NCBI GenBank assembly: GCA_963778555.1
Contig: CAVZUR010000004.1
Span: 26,190-90,189 of the forward strand
Direction: 5' to 3'
DNA length: 64,000 bases
Source of the DNA: Candidatus Moraniibacteriota bacterium
GTDB lineage: Bacteria; Patescibacteriota; Minisyncoccia; Moranbacterales; UBA1568
Part shown: positions 47,889-58,625 of the stretch, piece after piece
How the letters are laid out: every line of letters begins with the position of its first letter
How positions within the stretch are numbered: the stretch's first letter is position 1
The notes under the pieces: generated by a model
The model's input: only the letters and a program-made list of their open reading frames with translations
The model's database searches: none
Told to the model about the DNA's origin: nothing
Position numbers and translations under genes: made by a program

Positions 47889-48905
47889 GCCTCTTCGGCT
47901 GGCTTCTCTTCAACTTCAGCATCTTTCGGCGCGTCAGTCACGACAGCTAGCGCTGGCGCTATTTCGGCCACTTTCGATGCGGCAGAGGCATCAGCAGTAG
48001 CGATCTTTACCGGGGCCGGGAGTTTCTTGCCTCTTGACAGGCTCAGTGCCTGCGGATTTCGTGAAGTTCAGGATCGCCATGCCGAACAAGACGAGAGTAA
48101 AGAGGAGTGGGATGCCACGATGACCACCGAGAGGAGCAGTGGCGACAAATGGCGCTGGGAGGAGGTAGAGAGTCGAGAGATAGGCTCGGCCATACGTGAG
48201 CCGTTCCCCGGAGATGGGCCGCCAGCCACACGACGAGGGCTCCTAGGAGGGAATAGACCAGGTAGCCGATCCAGAGGCCGAAATACATGAGAAGCGGGAG
48301 CGTATACATGAGGAGGAGGGTCCCCGTCTGGATGAGTGAGCCGCTTCGCCCCACCCAATAATTGACCGTGGCGCTCGTGACTTCGAACTTCTTGTCCATG
48401 CGCGCTTCGGAGAGAGCATAGATGCGAGTCTCGCCCCGACCAGGCTTATGGAAGCCGATCTCGGTTTCACTGGCAAGGACGAGGGTGTCGCGGTCATAAA
48501 GGCCTGGGTGGAGAGGGTGGCATCGCGATCGATCACGATGAGATTGGTCGGCCACTTTTCCCGATCTCGGTCACGGTTCTGTTTCTTGGATTTCGACTGA
48601 TGCTCCCACTCAGTGGGAAAGGGAATCACCACGGGACCGGCTTGATTGGTCAGGAGGCGGCCCTGGTCGAAGGTGAGGACGAGATCATCGGGGTACATGG
48701 CTTCGATGGCAGTCGCTTGTTTCTGCCACAAGTTGGACTCGAAGTAACGGTTCACGCCCCAGAGCGCCGGGATGACGATGAGAGAGAAACCAATAACGAG
48801 CGCGAGAATCGAGAGGGAGTAGAACTGAAAGGCCTGACCCCCGGTAAAGCGTTGATCCCGGAAAAAGTCCGGACGGTAAAAAATGGCTTTAAGTCGTTCG
48901 AGCAT
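47883..48905 (-). pseudogene. Membrane protein of unknown function with multiple frameshifts
   Basis: N-terminus MLERLKAIFYRPDFF... followed by TM helices in the frame from 48905. Plausible continuation occurs in two other frames (48043..48555 and the frame giving ...LLPAPFVATAPLGGHRGIPLLFTLVLFGMAILNF). The 3' end encodes an APKDAEVEEKP...KK tail resembling the DnaK tail. Confidence 0.45.
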
Positions 48906-49016
48906 ATGGGTGAGTGGTTAGGGGTTAGTTACTAGAGGTTAGGGGTGAGAAAAGTGCACTTATAAAACTCATCCGAAGAGAAAGGCAGGGAACGTCCCCT
49001 GCCTCTATCCTACTCT

Positions 49017-50969
<1,953 letters not shown>

Positions 50970-51064
50970 TTATATTAATTACTCTTGAACGGCTTTCTTT
51001 GTCCGAGCGAACCTCGCTCATGAGCCACCCCACGACGTGTGGGGCGGCCGAGCGCGAGGCTCGG

Positions 51065-51478
51065 TTACTTCGCGTCCGAGACCTGAACGGCGATCTTCTT
51101 CGGCTTCACGGATTCCTCCTTGGGCATCGTGATGGTGAGAACGCCCTTATCGTACTTGGCTTGGGCGTCATTCCCTTTCACGGCCATCGGGAGGACAACC
51201 GAGCGCGAGAAGCTGCCCGTGCGGACTTCCTTGCGATAATAGTCCTCACGCTTCACTTCCGATTTGCTCTCGGTCGATCCGGTTACGGTCAGGACATCGT
51301 TTTCGATAGTGATGTCGACCCGACTCGGATCGATCCCGGGGAGCGCGAGTTCGGTCACGACGCTGTCTTTGTCCTGATAGACATCAAGCGCTGGATAGAA
51401 ATCGCTCTGTCCGAGGAACTCATCACCGAAGAATCGGCTGAGCTCCTGGGCTGGGAATGGTATGAGATGGCGTGTCAT
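51065..51478 (-). CDS. Hsp20/alpha-crystallin family small heat-shock protein
   Basis: ALDVYQDKDSVVTELALPGIDPSRVDITIENDVLTVTGS...SFSRSVVLP; SD aaggaggtga. Confidence 0.85.
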   Translation of the reverse strand: MTRHLIPFPAQELSRFFGDEFLGQSDFYPALDVYQDKDSVVTELALPGIDPSRVDITIENDVLTVTGSTESKSEVKREDYYRKEVRTGSFSRSVVLPMAVKGNDAQAKYDKGVLTITMPKEESVKPKKIAVQVSDAK

Positions 51479-51524
51479 ATGTTCTCACCTCCTTTCTTGA
51501 TTCGTATATTCTTGCACCATTTCT

Positions 51525-52421
51525 TTAGCTGACGATAACTTTGGCTGGCCGCACCAGCTTGCCTTTGATCTGGTAGCCTTTCTGAACAACTTTTTCGATT
51601 TTCAATTGTTTGCTCGCTTCCCCTTCAGTGGCTTTGTGATCGAGCGCTTCATGACGGGTCGGATCGAATAGGTCCCCTGGTTTCACCTCGAGCGGCTCGA
51701 CACCGTAGTTTCGGAGCACATCCTCGAATTGCTTTTCGATATAGGTGATGCCCGTGACCCAAGGACTGCCGGCCGCTTCGGACGGGACATGCTCAGTGGC
51801 AGCGTGGAAATTATCGAGGACCGGGATGAGTTCGGTGACGATCTGAGCCGAGAGATGACCGTACAGTTCACGTTCGTCATTCTTCACCCGCTTCTTGTAA
51901 TTTTCGTAGTCGGCCCGGAGACGCTGCACATCCGGGAGGTATTGGCTTTGCGCATAGATGTTGGCCGCCGTTTCGACGAAGCGCTTCACCCACGGACGAT
52001 AATCACTCACTGCCTGGACTTCTTCCCGCGTCTGCCACTGGTATTCACTATGTTCATCGGAAAGAGTGATAGCGCCACCCCGATAGAGGACAAGGAAACC
52101 CTGCATCAGCGTTTGTTTGCCCGGCTGGCCGATTGCCTCCGTATCGACGACACCGACGATTTCATATTTCAGTGCATGACCGGCCTCTTCGCGGATCTCG
52201 CGCTCGAAGGCGGCTGCCGGCTCTTCTCCAGCGTCGATGCGGCCGCCGATGAAGCCCCAGTTCTCCTCTCGACCCGGCTTCGAATCCTTCACGAGAAGGA
52301 ACTTCTGAATCATCGGATCGAACAAGATAGCCTTCTGTCCGACTTGGTACTGCTCCATGGCTACGGATTGATTTTTTTTCATAGGGATATTGGGTTTAGA
52401 CGTATATGACAAGAAAGACAA
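51525..52421 (-). CDS. grpE: Nudix-hydrolase–GrpE fusion protein (nucleotide exchange factor with N-terminal Nudix domain)
   Basis: One 298-aa frame. Residues about 20-150 form a Nudix domain with a canonical Nudix box GGRIDAGEEPAAAFEREIREEAGH. Residues about 150-298 are GrpE (RADYENYKKR...LIPVLDNFHAA...GYQIKGKLVRPAKVIVS). It overlaps the hrcA 3' end by 26 nt. Confidence 0.8.
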   Translation of the reverse strand: MSFLSYTSKPNIPMKKNQSVAMEQYQVGQKAILFDPMIQKFLLVKDSKPGREENWGFIGGRIDAGEEPAAAFEREIREEAGHALKYEIVGVVDTEAIGQPGKQTLMQGFLVLYRGGAITLSDEHSEYQWQTREEVQAVSDYRPWVKRFVETAANIYAQSQYLPDVQRLRADYENYKKRVKNDERELYGHLSAQIVTELIPVLDNFHAATEHVPSEAAGSPWVTGITYIEKQFEDVLRNYGVEPLEVKPGDLFDPTRHEALDHKATEGEASKQLKIEKVVQKGYQIKGKLVRPAKVIVS

Positions 52422-53142
52422 TGAGTGATGAGCTGAGAAGTTTTTTCATGTGCTCAATGAGTGATTTGTTTTTGGCATACTCCATCCGTTTCGGTCCGAT
52501 GATGGCGAGCATGCCGCGCTCTCCGTCGCGGTCCCGGTACGGTGAAATGACCATAGCGCAGTTTTCGATGCCCGCCACCGGATTCTCGCCCCCGATATAG
52601 ATGCGCGTCTCGCCGTCTTTCAATCCCGCCATGAGAATATCGATCTTCTCATCAAGCGTGTCGAGGGTTTCGACCAAGCGCGATAGCTCATCCATTTCCT
52701 GGAATTCAGGACTCTCCATGAGAGACTTCATGCCGAAGTCATACATCTCGTCTTTGCCTGCCATGCCTGAGACACCAAGATTGCCGGAGAGGACCGAAAG
52801 GAGCCGGGCCGTCGTCCGCACCGTGCGATTGTGCTTGGCCTTGAGAATCAAAAATTCTTCCTGGAGTTTCAGCTGATCCTTTTTGGACAGTGGCTTGTCT
52901 CCCATCATCTCTTCAACGTAGTAGCGATAGCCCGCGTCAGTCGGGATGCGGCCCGCGGACGTGTGCGGCTGGTAAAGGTAGCCGCGTTCCTCCAGGGCGA
53001 GCATATCATTGCGTAGTGTCGCCGAACTCACTGGAAAATGATGCCGCTCGAGGAGCGCTTCCGAACCGACCGGTTCGGCAGTTTTGGTATAGAGCTCGAC
53101 GACGGCCGCGAGCACTTCTTTTTGGCGGTCATTCATATCCAT
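52396..53142 (-). CDS. hrcA: Heat-inducible transcription repressor HrcA
   Basis: N-terminal wHTH (RQKEVLAAVVELYTKTAEPVGSEAL) and the HrcA C-terminal domain. Preferred start is ATG 53142 (MDMNDRQ); the track's GTG at 53169 lies inside CIRCE. Confidence 0.85.
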   Translation of the reverse strand: MDMNDRQKEVLAAVVELYTKTAEPVGSEALLERHHFPVSSATLRNDMLALEERGYLYQPHTSAGRIPTDAGYRYYVEEMMGDKPLSKKDQLKLQEEFLILKAKHNRTVRTTARLLSVLSGNLGVSGMAGKDEMYDFGMKSLMESPEFQEMDELSRLVETLDTLDEKIDILMAGLKDGETRIYIGGENPVAGIENCAMVISPYRDRDGERGMLAIIGPKRMEYAKNKSLIEHMKKLLSSSLIVFLVIYV

Positions 53143-53148
53143 GTCCCT

Positions 53149-53189
53149 AGTATAAAAAGCGTTTAGCACTCTGTCAAGTAGAGTGCTAA
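53149..53189 (-). promoter_or_regulatory. Perfect CIRCE operator (53163..53189) overlapping the hrcA promoter
   Basis: TTAGCACTC-tgtcaagta-GAGTGCTAA is a perfect 9-N9-9 inverted repeat. On the transcribed strand, TTGACA in the spacer plus TATACT 18 nt downstream give a sigma70-like promoter with the hrcA ATG 6 nt after the -10, which implies a leaderless transcript and autorepression by promoter occlusion. Confidence 0.8.
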
Positions 53190-53286
53190 TTTTCGCTTAC
53201 ATCAGGCTTGAATAAAGGAAAAGCCTGGCAGGAACGTTGTCCTGACAGGCCTAAAGCGTGACGACATTGTGCGAGTATCACTGGAC

Positions 53287-53448
53287 CTACCCTCTCGGAT
53301 TCAGGATGGGACGGCGGACCTGGTTCTCGTTCGGGAGCACCGTGTAGTGTTGGCCATGCCGGCGATTGCGCCACAGTTCGAGCTCTGGCGACAAGGTCAG
53401 CGGGAGACGAAGAAATCGATCAAATATAAAAAAGCAGATGAAGCGCAT
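53287..53448 (-). CDS. Small hypothetical protein (53 aa)
   Basis: SD gaggag 6 nt upstream of the ATG; MRFICFFIFDRFLRLPLTLSPELELWRNRRHGQHYTVLPNENQVRRPILNPRG; not in the ORF track (below 60 aa). Confidence 0.3.
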   Translation of the reverse strand: MRFICFFIFDRFLRLPLTLSPELELWRNRRHGQHYTVLPNENQVRRPILNPRG

Positions 53449-53527
53449 GACACATCTCCTCAAAATATTTGAAAGGGGTTAGCAATTGAACGCGGACCCC
53501 TCCCGATTAACAGTTGGAAACCTCGGA

Positions 53528-53776
53528 TCAGCCCGTGGCGCACTGCGGTCGATGCTGACACTCCGAGCACTTCAGTGACTGGGGCTGGAAGAGCCGACGC
53601 GCTTCGATAACCTTGATGATCTGTGGACTGCGGCCAGTCATCTTTTGACGGCAACGGACCTTCAATATCGGACCATTCGTCTCGCCGATCGGCCGTGATT
53701 CGGCATTGGCAATCGAGCGGACTCCTGTGGTCCGACGATTCAGGGGAAACTTATGACCAGTTTCGATAAAGTGCAA
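53528..53776 (-). CDS. Small hypothetical protein (82 aa, TTG start)
   Basis: SD aaggag directly downstream of the yidD stop; Cys-containing; low confidence. Confidence 0.25.
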   Translation of the reverse strand: MHFIETGHKFPLNRRTTGVRSIANAESRPIGETNGPILKVRCRQKMTGRSPQIIKVIEARRLFQPQSLKCSECQHRPQCATG

Positions 53777-53794
53777 GATGACTCCTTGAAGTTG

Positions 53795-54049
53795 TTAAGG
53801 TGTTCCTTCGGGCGTTTTGACCGGGTCATACCCGCCCTCGGACCATGGTTGGCAGCGGAGAATCCGTTTGAATCCCATCCACCCTCCTCGGAGCACGCCA
53901 AACCGTTCGATCGCTTGGTAGGTATACTCGGAGCAAGTCGGATGAAAGCGGCAGAACCGCTCGGAAACAATGAGACCGAGAAGGCCATGATTCAACGAGA
54001 GCGTCCGTTGATAGAGACGAATCAGGGCCAGCACAGATGTTTTCAGCAT
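53795..54049 (-). CDS. yidD: Membrane protein insertion efficiency factor YidD
   Basis: [69 protein letters not shown]. The track's N-terminal extension (antisense of corA) is not credible; start ATG 54049. It is not flanked by rnpA or yidC. Confidence 0.8.
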   Translation of the reverse strand: MLKTSVLALIRLYQRTLSLNHGLLGLIVSERFCRFHPTCSEYTYQAIERFGVLRGGWMGFKRILRCQPWSEGGYDPVKTPEGTP

Positions 54050-54127
54050 GGCAAGAGGATATCCTGATTTTCGGCCTTTGTCAACGGAAAAAGAGCTGAT
54101 ATACTCAGTATAAAGAGCAAAATAAAC

Positions 54128-55040
54128 ATGCGAACCCTCGAGCATAAGCACATCACGTGGATTGATTTTGACTCGCCGACAAAGGACGATGTCACCTATC
54201 TTCACGAGAATTTCAATATCCACCCCCTCGTCCTCGAGGAGCTGATTACGCCGACCTATCAGCCGAAAGTTCTGCAGTATGACAGCTGCCTTTTTTTCTC
54301 TATACACATTCCCCTGTTTGATGTGAAGGAGCGGACGACGTATGCTGGCGAGCTCGATATCATCCTGACCAAAGACCACCTGATCACCGCCCATCGCCAT
54401 CCAATCTATCAGATCGGGAAATTTTTCGGTGAATTGGAGAACAGCGAGGGCAAACGCCGACTCCACATGGAAGAGACTCCGACCCACGTCCTGTATCACC
54501 TGCTCGAGATCCTTCTCAATTCCTGTTTTCCCAAACTCCGCCACATATCGGAAAAGATCGACTATATCGAGACGGAAGTCTTTGCCGGGCATGAAAAGGA
54601 GATGGTGTTCGAAATCTCTCTCGTGAAGCGCGATATACTAAATTTCCGCCGTACGCTCAAGCCCCAACGTTCGCTCATCGAGAGTCTCCTCGCCACCAAG
54701 CATCCCTTCATCCCGGCCAACCTCCAGGCGTACTTCCAAGATCTGATCGGTACGAATGTCCGCGTCTGGAATATGCTGGAAAGCAACAAGGAAACGATCG
54801 AGGCGTTCGAGGCGACCAACAATTCGCTCCTCTCGAACAAGATCGAGCAAACGATAAAGGTGCTCACTATATTTTCAGCCGTCATCCTCCCCCTCACGGT
54901 CTACTCGAATGCAATGTCGATGAATACCCGCCACCTGCCATTTGAGAACAGCGACCGGCGGTTTTTGGCTCCATCTCACCACAATGATTTTTATCTCTGC
55001 CTTTACGATCGTCATCTTCCGAATGAAGCGCTGGATCTAA
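54128..55040 (+). CDS. corA: Magnesium transporter CorA, frameshifted near 54960
   Basis: CorA cytoplasmic domain and TM1 ([16 protein letters not shown]) read in the listed frame. The GMN-motif region is degenerate (YSNAMSMN), and TM2 plus the basic tail ([27 protein letters not shown]) are in the +1 frame ending at 55040. Putative TTGTCA-16-TATACT promoter upstream. Confidence 0.65.
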
Positions 55041-55161
55041 GGCCGCATCATGAATATTGAATTCAGCATACCGAAAGAATCCCCTCTGCGAAGGGATTTT
55101 TTGCTTGCTTCCGAGCATTTTCCGCTCTATTCTATATTCTAGATTCTACATTCATCACTGT

Positions 55162-56565
55162 ATGCTCTCGCTCTACAATACCCTTTCCAAGCAGAAAGAA
55201 GTCTTTACACCACTTGAACCGCCGCGGGTGAAACTCTACACCTGCGGTCCGACGGTTTATGATTTTGTCCATATCGGCAATCTTCGCGCGTACGTGATGG
55301 CGGACACGCTGCGCCGCACCCTAGAGCAGGCCGGTTTCGAAGTGAAACAGGTGAAGAACATCACCGATGTCGGACACCTGACAGCGGACGATGTTGCGCA
55401 GGGCGATAGCGGCGAGGACAAGGTAGCCAAGAAAGCGGCAGCCGAACACAAGACACCCGCCGAGATTGCTGCTTTTTATACCAGCTACTACCACCGGGCC
55501 GAACAAGCGCTCAATATTCTCCCCGCACACAGTGAGCCGCATGCGACCGATTACATCCCGCAGATGATTGCATTCATCGAGCGACTGATCGCTTCCGGAC
55601 ATGCGTATGCCACGAATGGCAATGTGTTTTTTGATGTGACGAGCTTCGCCGCGTACGGCCGCCTCTCCGGGAATACGCTCGAAGCGCTCAAAGTCGGCGC
55701 CCGGCTCGAGGAGCACCCCGATAAGCAGCATCCCTGGGACTTCGCACTCTGGCTCAAGGCGCCAGTTGGCCATCTGATGCATTGGGAATCACCCTGGGGC
55801 ATCGGCTATCCCGGCTGGCATATCGAGTGTTCAGCGATGAATCTCGCGACGCTCGGGACATCCATCGATATCCATACGGGCGGCGAAGACAATATCTTTC
55901 CCCATCATGAGGCCGAGATCGCGCAGAGTGAGTGCGGCAATGCAGCTCCCTTGGCCCGCTACTGGCTCCATACTCGCCACCTCCTGGTGAATGGGGAGAA
56001 AATGTCAAAGTCAAAAGGGAGTTTTTATACGCTCGAAGACGTGCTGGAGCGCGGTTACAGCGCGATGGATTTGCGCCTCCTCTACCTCAGTAGTCACTAT
56101 CGGAGCCAGATGAATTTCACCTGGGAGGCACTGGCTCAGGCCAAAGCCAATCGGGAATCGCTGATGCAGGCCTATGACCGTCTCAAACGTCTTTCAACCA
56201 ATGAGGGTGCTCTCGAACATGATTATTTTGGAACATTCCTAGCTGCTCTGGAGGACGATCTGAACACTCCGCTCGCGTTATCGGCTGCGCTTACTATGGC
56301 CACGCTCATAAATTCAGCCGCAGATAAAAAACTTCCGATTCGTCTTGAGGTTAAGGATCAGTACGCGAAAATACTCTTCAATCTTTTCGGGCTGACCGAG
56401 GAAACATTGAACATCCCAGCTGAAGTCTCAAAACGTATCGATGAAAGAAAGATGGCTCGTGAGAGTAAAGACTTCGCTCGTTCAGATGCACTCCGCGATG
56501 AGATTGCGGCACTCGGTTATCTCGTTGAAGACGGTCCGGATGGACAAATGGTCCACAAGAAATAG
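55162..56565 (+). CDS. cysS: Cysteinyl-tRNA synthetase
   Basis: LYTCGPTVYDFVHIGNLRAY (HIGH), Zn-binding Cys, KMSKSKGS; start at MLSLYNTLSKQKE. Confidence 0.85.
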   Translation: MLSLYNTLSKQKEVFTPLEPPRVKLYTCGPTVYDFVHIGNLRAYVMADTLRRTLEQAGFEVKQVKNITDVGHLTADDVAQGDSGEDKVAKKAAAEHKTPAEIAAFYTSYYHRAEQALNILPAHSEPHATDYIPQMIAFIERLIASGHAYATNGNVFFDVTSFAAYGRLSGNTLEALKVGARLEEHPDKQHPWDFALWLKAPVGHLMHWESPWGIGYPGWHIECSAMNLATLGTSIDIHTGGEDNIFPHHEAEIAQSECGNAAPLARYWLHTRHLLVNGEKMSKSKGSFYTLEDVLERGYSAMDLRLLYLSSHYRSQMNFTWEALAQAKANRESLMQAYDRLKRLSTNEGALEHDYFGTFLAALEDDLNTPLALSAALTMATLINSAADKKLPIRLEVKDQYAKILFNLFGLTEETLNIPAEVSKRIDERKMARESKDFARSDALRDEIAALGYLVEDGPDGQMVHKK

Positions 56566-56704
56566 TAAAAAGAAAGCGGACCGACGAGTGTGTCGTCAGT
56601 CCGTCTAATGTACTCCGATGAGTACGAGGATTTCGCCGGTATGCCGAAGTGCCAAGGGATCAGTATGCCGGTATATTTGTGGGTAGACCCACATGGTCGG
56701 CAAC

Positions 56705-57058
56705 TCAATCAGCCGCCGGTTGCGTTCTTCTTTCGCCCGCCACTTCTGATACACCGAGAGGCTTTTGCAGACTATCGCCGAGTCGATGTTGATGAAGCGC
56801 ACGTTCATTGCCCATCCAGATGAAGTATTGGTTATGCTTGGTCCGGTACGGGTAGCGCTGATCGCCTCGGTAGCGTGACGGCATAACGACGCCCTCGTTC
56901 GGCGAAAGTCCTTGCGCGAGCTTCCACTGGCGAATCACTTGGTTGGGATAGCGCTCGCCATACGGGAACTCAAAAACAATCACGCGACCACGAGGGTCGG
57001 ATAAGGGGGAATCTCCAGGCTTCACGCCACGGAGGTACTCCGGAAATGGCGTGTTCAT
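56705..57058 (-). CDS. Hypothetical protein, possibly VRR-NUC-like nuclease remnant, likely frameshifted at its 3' end
   Basis: NQVIRQWKLAQGLSPNEG loosely resembles the VRR-NUC N-terminal pattern. Overlapping ORFs in other frames (56517..56708, 56605..56808) suggest disruption. Weak call. Confidence 0.25.
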   Translation of the reverse strand: MNTPFPEYLRGVKPGDSPLSDPRGRVIVFEFPYGERYPNQVIRQWKLAQGLSPNEGVVMPSRYRGDQRYPYRTKHNQYFIWMGNERALHQHRLGDSLQKPLGVSEVAGERRTQPAAD

Positions 57059-57196
57059 GGGAAAATCTCCGATTGGTAAAGATTGATTACAGAATGGTAT
57101 ATTTTGTCGCTTTTGTCAAGGGTGAGATATGAACAATCTATGTACATTGATAGCTCGAGTAAACACCGGTAGAATGAAGTACTGACACACGCACTC

Positions 57197-58567
57197 ATGG
57201 CCGCTTCCGCATCCAAAACTGAACACGTGCGCATCCCGCCGCACAATCTTGAGGCCGAGCAATCGGTTTTGGGTTCGCTCATGCTCGACAAGGACGCGAT
57301 CATCAAGGTCGCTGACATCGTCAAGGTCGGCGACTTCTACAAAGACGATCACAATCGTATCTATCAGGCGATGCTCGATTTGTATGAAGAGCGCGAACCG
57401 ATCGACGTCCTCTCGCTCGCGAATCGGCTGGAAGAGCAAAAAACGCTCGAAGCAGTCGGCGGTTCCGGCTATCTCGCCTCGCTCGTGAACTCGGTCCCCT
57501 CAGCCTCAAACATTGTCCACTACGCCAAGGTCGTCCAAAAAAAAGCACTTCTGAGGCGACTCATCGGCGCGGCCTCGCAGATTGTCGAGATGGGCTACGA
57601 TGATTCCGAAGATGTGCAGAAAGTGCTTGACGACGCTGAGCAGAAGCTCTTCGCCATCTCGCAGAAATACCTCAAACAGGATTTCATCCCCATCAAGACG
57701 ATTCTGGAAGCCGCCTTCGACCGTATTGACGAGCTCCACAAGAATGATCAGACGATGCGCGGCGTACCGACGCATTTCCCCGATCTCGACCATATCCTCG
57801 CCGGCCTCCAAAAATCTGACCTCATTATCCTCGCGGCCCGTCCCGCCGTCGGCAAGACATCGCTCGCGCTCGATATCGCCCGCCAGGTCGGCGTGTATGC
57901 GAAAATTCCAGTCGGTATTTTCTCACTGGAAATGTCTTCGGACCAGCTCATCGACCGCATGCTCGCGGCGCAAGCCGGAGTCGATCTCTGGCGCCTGCGC
58001 ACCGGAAAACTCGGGAGCGAAGGCCCGGGCAACGATTTTGAGAAAATCTCGGACGCAATGGGCATTCTTTCCGAGGCGCCGATTTTCATCGATGACTCAG
58101 GCAGTCTGAACATTATGGAAATGCGCACCATGGCCCGTCGTCTCCAGGCGGAGCATAATCTCGGTCTCATCATCATCGACTATCTCCAGCTCATGGAGGG
58201 ACGCTCACGGCAAGGCGACAATCGCGTGCAGGAGATTTCGGAGATCTCGCGTGGTTTAAAGCAGCTGGCCCGTGAGCTCAATATCCCCGTCATCGCCCTC
58301 TCACAGCTTTCCCGCGCCGTCGAATCGCGCCCTGACCAGCGACCCAAGCTATCCGATCTCCGCGAATCGGGGTCCATCGAGCAGGACGCGGATGTCGTCA
58401 TGTTCCTCTACCGCGAAGACCGCGTCCGGCCCGACACCCCGAACAAGAACATTGTCGACATCATCATCGCCAAGCATCGGAACGGCCCCGTCGGCCAGAT
58501 CCAGCTCTACTTCGAGGAGAATGCCACCTCTTTCAAATCGCTCGAACGGTCGCACGCACCGGCATAA
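57197..58567 (+). CDS. dnaB: Replicative DNA helicase DnaB
   Basis: N-terminal domain and RecA-like core with Walker A ARPAVGKTSLALDIA, Walker B IIIDYLQLM, 456 aa. Confidence 0.9.
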   Translation: MAASASKTEHVRIPPHNLEAEQSVLGSLMLDKDAIIKVADIVKVGDFYKDDHNRIYQAMLDLYEEREPIDVLSLANRLEEQKTLEAVGGSGYLASLVNSVPSASNIVHYAKVVQKKALLRRLIGAASQIVEMGYDDSEDVQKVLDDAEQKLFAISQKYLKQDFIPIKTILEAAFDRIDELHKNDQTMRGVPTHFPDLDHILAGLQKSDLIILAARPAVGKTSLALDIARQVGVYAKIPVGIFSLEMSSDQLIDRMLAAQAGVDLWRLRTGKLGSEGPGNDFEKISDAMGILSEAPIFIDDSGSLNIMEMRTMARRLQAEHNLGLIIIDYLQLMEGRSRQGDNRVQEISEISRGLKQLARELNIPVIALSQLSRAVESRPDQRPKLSDLRESGSIEQDADVVMFLYREDRVRPDTPNKNIVDIIIAKHRNGPVGQIQLYFEENATSFKSLERSHAPA

Positions 58568-58625
58568 TCCCAAAAAAACACACGGGTGGATTCATTCCGG
58601 CCCGATGCTGTATGCTGCATGATAT

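Noticed and set aside
53795-54592. 265-aa version of yidD with a long N-terminal extension
   Set aside because: The N-terminal 180 aa are antisense to corA. Only the C-terminal 84 aa match YidD, and they start at their own ATG 54049.
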